Shown here in pieces: positions 11,633-20,000 of a stretch of 20,000 nt of DNA (position 1 is its first letter; every line of letters starts with the position of its first letter). The notes below the pieces were generated by a model. That model was not told where the DNA came from. It saw only the letters and a program-made list of their open reading frames with translations, and made no database searches. Source of the stretch: Trichoplax sp. H2 (Eukaryota); assembly GCA_003344405.1 (NCBI GenBank), contig NOWV01000285.1, forward strand, positions 45,369 to 65,368. Direction: 5' to 3'. Both the position numbers and the translations under genes were made by a program.

Positions 11633-14600
11633 CTATGAAAATTTAATTTTAGTTTGGATTTAAAGCAGGTTCAAAACTAAAAGCTAGGTTATAAAAACAA
11701 CAGTTACCTTAACTTCCAGTAAAATGATAGAAGAGTATATATATATATATATATATCTATAGTACCTGTACTGACACTACAAATATACTCGTACAGGATA
11801 CTCATAGCGTTACAAATTTAGTACGACCATCGTTTACGAAAAATTAAGTACATCCACATTACTATAGAATAACTACGAACATTGTTTTATATAGATTAAA
11901 GCATTGCAATTATATTTTACTGCATAAATAAATTATGCAAAGATAAAAAATACTTTCCTTGATCATATTGAACTGCTATCTTTCACAGGTACTAATACGA
12001 TGTATGTTTCATCTACACTTGATGTCATTATGTCTATATCCCTTTAGAATATACCTCGCTAAGCTTCCTTGATCTTTTCTTAATATCATTCTTATTGCTA
12101 CTATTTCGTTGCGCATTTGTGCTATATGGCAGGAGAGAAAAACGAACTGATAGTTCCGATAAGGGCATTACATTATGTGATTCTTGACCAGCTGCATGAC
12201 TAGTCCTATCTGTGGTGATGATTGGTGGTTGACCACTTATACAGGTTAAACAACCTAACAGAGCCTGTCATGAGAAACAATTTAACGATGATGCCACAAA
12301 TCCAAAATCACAGAGTAAGATTAGAGTCAATTACATCAATAAAGGTATGTATTACCATGCATCTTTGAGTATAACGGTTTAAATTTGACTTGATATACGG
12401 CGTAAAAACATCTAGGTCAAAAGGATCAATGTAACCTTCAATTCTTTCAACTAAGTCTTGGGCTCGTTTATATGATTCTTTCGACGTCTATTGGCCAGCA
12501 AAAGAAAACGAATGTTACGTTTGAAATTATCATCATAATCTGCATCACTAAGTAGAGAAGCTTACCGTTATATCATCAGTTTGACAGTTTAGAATGTTAT
12601 TTATGAATTGAATATCGTAAAGGAATTGAATTGCACAAGTCTGCGTAATTTTCGTTTCAGGCGTGGCAGTTTGAAAAGATTCGACACCTTCTTCTAATAC
12701 ACTGCTAACATTAAGGTCACGCTCTGATTCAATCTTTTCATTGGTTAAGTGATCTTCGTAAATCCCATAGATTCCTGAAGACAGTCGATGTACAAGATTT
12801 TGCAAAATTGACCTACGTTAACCCATTAATAGGATGATATACGCTATCAGTGTACAGATTTTTACGAAATACTTTATTTTTTAAGACCAGAGTTAATCTA
12901 GTAATCAATTATTTACTTTAATGAAGCAACATAATTTAAGTACTACTCAATATCTGACTCTATGTAATATTAGAACATATTTCATTAACCTATCCATCGC
13001 ATGTCCTCCTGCCCGATTTAGTTCTTCACAAAGTCCAAACATCAGCAGCATAATGTAGGACGAAACCTAAACCATAGAGGTAGACAATTGCTTATTATAG
13101 GTACAATTTCAAATCTAATAATTCTTTTAAAGGTGAAGGAATTACTCTACTGTAATTAAAAATTAGCTCTGAGTTATTTTTGTTACTTTTCATCATTCTA
13201 TAGTAATTAACTCTACTAACAAATGTAAGTAATCAATAAATTAACTCCATATTGTTATTACAGTATAGTATTATATTACTTGAGCTGGAACTTTAATTGT
13301 TGATTCCACAGTACTGCCACTTTCAGACTCTTCTTCTATTGTAATCTTCTCCCATTTCTAACAGATTGAGAATTAGATAATGGGTTAAAATTTTGGAACT
13401 GATAACGGAAAGTTTAAGAAAAGAATTGAGCAAACCGAAGCTGCAGCCAATGTGAGACTATCATCACTTGCAAATAAGTTATGACGGAAAGCTTTTAGCA
13501 ATAAATCGGTAATCCATTCAATCCAAATGCTGTATAATAAATAGTGATAATACATTTCATAAAATAATTGTAGTAATCATTCATTTCATAAATCATAGTT
13601 GTAAAGAAAATTTAGTGCTACACAATGAGATTTGGATCAAACTATGTAATGTATTTACTTGTGTGCTCGATGATAAGTTTTAGTCAACAGTTGATGATAC
13701 CGCTGCTCATTTTCAACTTCCAAGGATATAGATTTTGATCTTTTAGAGGCAGTAGACGACCATTTATTTAAGCTAATATAATTAAAAATTAAAAAAAAAC
13801 ATCATATAGGTTAACAGCCGAGACCTCTACGCTAAAAATTACAACAAACCTTTTAGTTTTAACTGCAGTGTTTTCTTGATCCTTATCAATTGTCATTAAT
13901 TTTTTAGCTTTAGGGCACTGCTCCAATATCGCACGAGCAATTCGACCTAACCATAAAACACTGCATACAATAGAAAGATCATGAAGTAATCTTAAATACG
14001 ATAATGTCAGAGTAAAAGGTGCTTATTGCTTTTCAGAGCAGAAAAAAGAATAACAAATAACTAGATAGATTATTGTCTCCCAAACAATTGTTTGCAATAA
14101 GTACAATCTTGAGTATTTTCTAGTTTACTAGAGCGGACATCATTAAGTATACTTCTAGACAGAATAATGTCAATAACAAACACTTGCTGTAATACCTGTC
14201 AACTAGCAAAGCTCGTTTCACATTTGATACCGTCTCATCATTCATAGAAGATTGCAATTCATCCAGTTTAGTATTAATTTCATCAGCAATGCTATAAAAA
14301 AGGTTATCACTTTAGTTACCAGTTGTTACTTTAATAATATTTTTGCTCATGTTCAATTTACTTCTTAATACATTCTTCGCATGTAGTCTTCATAAACTGC
14401 TTCATTTCATCTGATCCGGCATATTTATCGAAGGCACCAACTTTGCTATCCTTCAGGGGCAAAGCTGCTGAATGTGTAATGCCGTATGCTAAAGATTCAG
14501 ATGTGGTTCTAAGTGGAGTAGGCCGTATAGATACTGCGTCTTGCACATAGTATTTACAGTCTTCTAGTATTTTTCTCAGTTTCGAATCGAATTTTCTACA

Positions 14601-17600
14601 GAGCCTATGATGAATTAGAAATACCCAATAGATCTCATACCAATAATTTGTTGTAACATGTGGATATACATATATATTACATGCATATTTACACGTAAAA
14701 TACCTGTGCACGCTTGGTGTGAAAGCTCTCGACTTTAAAGTTAAGCCACCTGTTTCTTCTCTTACACTTTCAGTTTCGAAAGAACTAGCCCATGCATTGG
14801 CCGAAGGCATATCATATGAACTTTCTTGCCAGATGTACGTTGACATGTCGTGATCACATACCATGCTCTGATCACCATCTAGATCTAATAAGCCTTCCGT
14901 AATCATTTCCTCTGCAACGTTGAATGCATTATCAAACATACTTTGAGTAATGGTCTATAAAGCAACGAAGATTTACGGAGTTAAAAATCACGCAATTTAC
15001 AGTAAGTAATACAGGAAGATGAAGATTGTTACTACTTTTGCACGTTCAAAAAATAATCCCTTTAAAAATTCGTCCCATATCGATAACTTTCGCCCTAAAA
15101 CTTCTATGCATATGGAATCCCAGTCTGGATAGTTATCGTTTCCTTGTAATTCCTTTATATTAATAATAAAAAATCACAAGCTTATATAGTGATATCAGCG
15201 AGAATGCCATTATATGTAATAATTAATTTCACGAACATCGGTTAGTAGATTCCAAATTGCGTCTCTAATTGCCATTAAACTTTTGATGCTGCTAACATAA
15301 GCCAACAGTCTTGAGACTCCATCAACCACAGCTCGTGTAATCCTGAGTTAAAGAAACGCTCTTTTAATTATTTATTTAAATATTTTATCATAATTTGAAC
15401 TAACATTGTAACCCATTCTTGGCAACTTTCTCGAATGTCTTCAACACTTATTAAGGACATAGACGAAAATATCCGTGGTCTTAACTCTAAAAGAAAATTA
15501 ATACAGTTGGTATGAATGTACGAATAAATAATTTTTGAAACGTATATAAGCATTTCTAACGACATTCATCCTTACTTAAGACGGATTGAGGTAAATGCCT
15601 TGATATCGTCATCCTATACACTTCATGATCGATGAGCACATTTAATACTAAAGCAGGATAAAATTTAATCAATAATGCCATAATCAGTATAATATTAATA
15701 TCATACGATTTAAAATTAAAAATGACTATGAAGGAGCAGTAAGATAGAGTAATAATGCCAGAATACTAAATATAAACCTTCAGATGTATTGCATTCATCC
15801 TTTGAAGTAATGTCCTTTAATATTGTATACAGCAAACCAGCTGTTTTTCGACGTAATAATAAGAAGTAATACGAATTATGAAACAATCGATTTTAATGTG
15901 CAATGGAAGCAGAGTAAGAATAGGGTCGCACAATTTAATATAGCAACTAATCTTAGATAAATGATTTACGCATTTTTAGATAACATACTAGACGCATCTT
16001 CGGTTTCCGCTACGTAGAAGATTTTATAGATTTGGCAAATAGTTAATCGTATAACTGAGACAACATCACGGATTTGCAGTTTGATACTATCAGCTGTAAG
16101 GAAGGGGAAAAGCAACGTCAGTTGTAGAATAATTAAAATAACAGTATTCACGATTAGCCTACTTACTGTGTTCATCTGAATATAGTAAAGTCTCTAGTAA
16201 CGTCTACAAATGAATCAGATTGCAAAATAGTGTTAGTATTTTAGAGCTATAATATCAACTCATTACCAATCCGATCAATATGAACTTACATTTCTGACGA
16301 TAAGAAAATCTTTAAAAGCCTGTCTAGGAAATTTACACTGATCATCTAATAATAATATAGCGCATAAGCATTCTCCAATATCCTGTTCACAATTATATAT
16401 ATACATTGAGATAACATTAATTAATCATTTATATATGACATTTACATCACGTATGATTAATTAGATATTCAAGTATTATAGATAAAAGAACAACCTGTTC
16501 AGGTAGATCCACAATTTTTAATCGTTCACGGATGTCCTATCAACAAAAAACAAATTTTATTTGATAATAAGAATTATTTTCATTGCCTAGAGATCGTCTT
16601 AAACATTAAAAGAAATAGAGCAAAATACCACATTGAAATTAACTACAAACAAGTAGCACTCTTTGTTGTTACTCTACCTGCAAAATAGACACAACGTAGT
16701 GGCTGATAGTCGACCACTGACGCGGTAAGATAGGAAAAGAAGCCTATTGAGATCATAGGTCATATACAAAAAGATTAGCTTGCTACGTAACTTGGATCCT
16801 CTATTATATGTAAGGAATTCGTCTTTCGAATCAACCATGTTAATCGATTCTGCATTACTGTACGGGCTTACCAATAAATTTTTAACAGGCGATGAAGTCA
16901 TACTCTTTTGTAAATTATCAACAATCTGGCGCGCTAACAGATATAGTAAAGCTGCATCTAAAAATTTCTTTTTGTCCGAGGTACTCCATATCTACATAGT
17001 ATGAATGATGTAGATCTTATTATAAAAATGGATGCATATTTGTGAACATATAAGGAAAAGAGTACGCTGTCCTATAATCGTGATATCAATTATTACGCAA
17101 TGGGTTTCTATTACCTTTTCTGGTATATCGACTAGCAACTTCATCTGTGTTGCGATACTGTAAAAGGTAGATGAATCCTTGCCAATTCTAACATTTCTGT
17201 AATTGCAAAAATAGTAAGATGAAAGCATAAGTGAGTCATAATGGAATAATGCATCTATTAGTGATCAACTTGTAACTTTGGATAAAAAGTGTAACGATTT
17301 CTCATTCAATGGTTCTCCAAATATAGTAAAATATGCTTACTCATAGGTATTTTTTCTATCTATCAATATTCACGCTAATTAAGGTTTCTTCTTACCCATT
17401 TACGCCTACAGTGTCTCCAGAATTATTGGTAGCATTGTAATTAGCTTGTAGAGTGTCAATTTCATAACAGTAATGCTTCATATCATCCAACTTTTTAACA
17501 ACCTAAAGACATCAAGCAGTCAGTGATGAATCATTAGTTGACATATAACATGTTGTGCAATATAAATTACCGTCTAACTTGAGAACAATTGATCGAAGAG

Positions 17601-18579
17601 GCTAATTATAAATATTTGAGCAATTGTGCTATTTATTACGTGCTGTCTTATCTCACCTCAGAAGAAGAGACCTGCATTGCGGCGATAGTATCAGCAGCAT
17701 CAATTAAATCGCGGTACCTTTCTCTGAAACAGTTATGTACGTACAATGACATTTATAATCTCTTTTCCATAGGAGTATAATAATATGTGCTGTATAGCAA
17801 GTATACGTAGTATAAGACATACCATTAAATAGAGCCATTTACAATCCTATATTTATAGAATAGTCACAACTACTACTACCTTGCTCTCTAATTTACTCGC
17901 CTAGTAGTATCAATAGCATCAACTACCTGTACAGCAGTTACAAATCATCTTCCATGAGTGGCATACGATATATCATTAAAGAGAGTCATTTATAATAACA
18001 CATTTATAGAACAGTCACAACTACCACTACCTTGCTCTCTAACCTATCGATCTAGCAATATCAATAGCATCAACTACATGCATATGTACAGAATCCTCTT
18101 CCATGAGTGGCATATGACATACCATTAAAGACAGTCATTTACAATCATACATTTATAGAATAGTCATAACTACCACTACCTCACTCTCTAACCTGCTGAT
18201 CTAGCAGTATTAATAATATCAACTATATGTATAGCAATCAGACATTAACTTTTATGAGTGGCTTGCTTACCCGACCATTTGCCTGAGCTCTTCTTTCTTC
18301 CTTTCAATATCACCACTATTCATTCAAACAGAAGGATTAAATTAGGTGTATTTCATACCGTTAATGGACACACTATACAGTGGTGTGGTATAATGTCAAT
18401 CTAACATCATTAAAATGTAACCAACTAGAACTAAGCAGGTAGTACAATCATACCAATTTGCAGATCAATTTCATAACATACCGAATGCTCTTTTCTCGAT
18501 TACGAATTTGATCAATACTGTTATCTCGAAATAATCGGTCAGTATCGGCTTCTGAGGACCAATCCACTATAATATCCAT
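11510..18579 (-). CDS. COG1: Conserved oligomeric Golgi complex subunit 1 (COG1; Vps51/Vps67-type N-terminal domain), multi-exon, ~1020 aa
   Basis: Hand-spliced exons in transcript order, all with GT-AG boundaries and consistent phases: 18579-18482, 18315-18271, 17723-17657, 17502-17396, 17196-17115, 16991-16872, 16743-16678, 16536-16495, 16382-16290, 16203-16167, 16093-15989, 15840-15778, 15725-15707 (micro-exon, tentative), 15613-15576, 15486-15405, 15342-15237, 15152-15036, 14954-14704, 14604-14362, 14291-14196, 13960-13850, 13772-13659, 13529-13436, 13357-13280, 13066-12990, 12812-12566, 12487-12356, 12264-12055, 11632-11510 (last exon tentative). The total is 3063 nt. The translation contains motifs I recognise from animal COG1: RGDIERKKEELRQMVGERYRDLIDAADTI, FYSIATQMKLLVDIPEKIW, FPILPRQ, LLAYVSSIKSLMAIRDAIWNLL, WEKITIEEESESGSTVESTIKVPAQ, LCEELNRAGGHA, IEGYIDPFDLDVFTPY and ESHNVMPLS..RFSLLP. 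An in-frame TGA a few codons upstream of ATG 18579 supports that start. Confidence 0.95.
11736..11756. repeat. (TA)10 microsatellite in the last predicted COG1 intron
   Basis: tatatatatatatatatatat seen directly. Confidence 0.95.
17812..18262. repeat. Three-copy diverged tandem repeat (151/149/151 bp) in COG1 intron 2
   Basis: Units are 17812-17962, 17963-18111 and 18112-18262. Each contains atttatagaa.agtca.aactac.actacct..ctctcta and ends in atgagtggc. Units 1 and 3 align without gaps with about 31 mismatches in 151 (~79%). Confidence 0.95.
18482..18579 (-). CDS. COG1: COG1 first coding exon (MDIIVDWSSEADTDRLFRDNSIDQIRNREKSIR)
   Basis: ATG at 18579, donor CG|GTATGT at 18481. It resembles the COG1 N-terminal 'LFE....EIR.LE..VR' segment. 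An acceptor-like TTACAG at 18603-18598 suggests an upstream 5'UTR exon. Confidence 0.85.
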
Positions 18580-19645
18580 TAAATTAATTCATTTAATCTG
18601 TAATATTTCAACGTAGAAATGCTCTCAAAATTATGTTAACATGTAAATGATGCTGTACCCGATTTATGTCGGACAGTCGGAGACGAAACTGGACTACTTA
18701 TCTGGCTCTCCATATTGTTCACGTCTGAGGAGCTGAGCAGCTGGCGCATGCGGATAATGGCTGCAGTAGACGAAGTAAAGCATACAGTACGTCAAGATAT
18801 TCACCAAAAGTGATGTCACCCATAGTGATAATTTCCTACATCATGCGATCCATTTTTAGGCCTAGGTGTGCGACATTATTTTTGCTAAGGATTTAAACAA
18901 CCCTTGAGTAAAGATACTGCGCCGTGCCATAGTAATAACCTATACAGAATGGTATACTACGTCCGCAGATGGGTAATATAGCTGCGTGGACACATGCCAG
19001 CTGTTGCGCACGCGTTTTCTATTACTGAGTGTACACGTACTATACCGTCTGTACGTCCACACACAGTGCAGTCTCTACCAGTACAGTATTTTTACTGTAG
19101 ATGTTAGTGGTACTGTACTAAAAGGAAAAGTTCTACTGTAGACTACAGCACTGTACAGTACATACTGTAGGTAGGGAGTCAGTACCAGATGACATTATTT
19201 CTGCTTGTAATTTGCATGTCCATTTACATTCTAGAGTCACTCTAGGGATTGTAAGTAGGATATCGCCCACAACTCAAATCGTTAGCGAAAATAGTGTCAC
19301 AGTACAGTATTTCTACTGTACTGTACCCCGTACAGTACAGTACAGTACAATACTAAAAGGAAAAGTTCTACTGTACTGTACTGTAGGTAGGGATTCAGTA
19401 CCAGATGACATTATTTCTGCTTGTAATTTGTATGTCCATTTACATTCTACAGTTACTCTAGGGATTGTAAGTAGGATATCGCCCACAACTCAAACCGTTA
19501 GCGAAAATAGTGTCACAAGTCCAGATAGGTACTGGTTCTAGTGATACGGTACGGTACTAACTGTAGTCACAATCGTCCCGTGTGCGCCTGTCCATTATTA
19601 TGCAGGCAACAGTTCGCATTTTGCATCGCACTAGTAGGATCCAAG
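18580..19645. promoter_or_regulatory. Putative bidirectional (head-to-head) promoter region
   Basis: Lies between divergent ATGs 1067 bp apart and is visibly richer in GC and CpG than the rest of the window. NRF1-like motifs are GCGCATGCG (18744-18752) and TGCGCACGCG (19005-19014). A YY1-like AAGATGGC overlaps the + strand ATG. Confidence 0.6.
19079..19517. repeat. Two-copy tandem repeat (~216-220 bp unit) with TACAG/CTGTA pentamer arrays
   Basis: Core 19163-19301 matches 19379-19517 (139 bp, 5 mismatches by my count). Both units also share cagtacagtattt.tactgta and tactaaaaggaaaagttctactgta, separated by variable pentamer tracts. Confidence 0.95.
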
Positions 19646-19779
19646 ATGGCTGCTCTCAGGAACGGTAAGAATATGCTTGCGCGACTAGGCTACTTAAACA
19701 GACGTCAATTTGCATCTGTGGCACAGAGAAGCCCACGATTGAATGTTTATGGAATCACAACAGAAAAGGCATTGAGCTG
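19646..19779 (+). CDS. First coding exon of an unidentified nuclear gene, probably for a mitochondrial protein (continues beyond the window)
   Basis: caagATGGC start context. The peptide MAALRNGKNMLARLGYLNRRQFASVAQRSPRLNVYGITTEKALS is rich in Arg/Leu/Ala/Ser, has no acidic residue in the first ~39 aa, and has an RRQF|AS R-3-like cleavage motif. Donor TG|GTAAGC at 19780, with an alternative donor CG|GTAAGA at 19665. Confidence 0.7.
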
Positions 19780-20000
19780 GTAAGCCAAAGGGAGCTTTTT
19801 ATGTTGATTATTAACGTACATATGGGATCGAAATCCTGTGGAAGAAAAATTCGCAAGTATTCGAGCATGTTTTATCGTCTCATAAATGTTTGATCAGTAT
19901 AGCGACGGATTTTGAATTAAAAACAGCTTAGTAAACCAATAATTCAGTAAGTCTATGATTACGTTGCGCTGGTTGTAAATGCCGTAGTTGTATACTACTG

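Noticed and set aside
11708..11979. Extra small COG1 exons in the last intron
   Set aside because: Splice-like signals exist, but the phase-compatible combination runs through the (TA)n microsatellite and has no homology support.
16780..17004. 74-aa + strand ORF (also 17589-17780)
   Set aside because: These are antisense shadows of COG1 exons.
12548..17228. Minus-strand ORF-track entries as separate genes
   Set aside because: They are COG1 exons with intron read-through, not independent proteins.
17812..19517. Repeats as a CRISPR-like array
   Set aside because: The context is eukaryotic, the units repeat over their full length with no unique spacers, and there are no cas genes.
19212..19541. 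109-aa ORF with an internal repeat
   Set aside because: It is a translation of the 216-bp tandem repeat, has a TTG start and shows no protein-like features.

Overview
AT-rich eukaryotic (animal-like) genomic DNA with many short GT-AG introns and a 20-N scaffold gap. The compact intron-dense style suggests an early-branching metazoan such as a placozoan, but that is inference only. The main feature is an apparently complete minus-strand COG1 gene (conserved oligomeric Golgi complex subunit 1). I spliced it by hand into about 29 coding exons and about 1020 aa (ATG 18579 to TAG 11510), including a probable 19-nt micro-exon. About 1.07 kb upstream and head-to-head with it lies the first exon of a plus-strand gene that begins with a mitochondrial-presequence-like peptide (ATG 19646). 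The shared promoter has NRF1/YY1-like motifs and a two-copy ~216-bp tandem repeat with perfect TACAG/CTGTA inverted repeats. COG1 intron 2 holds three diverged ~150-bp tandem units. The sequences on either side of the gap are ~99%-identical copies differing by a 546-bp indel, most likely two uncollapsed haplotypes. Bases 1-11400 contain no gene I can confidently call, only weak exon-like and WD40-relic-like signals. I found no convincing new biological system; the findings are modest leads.
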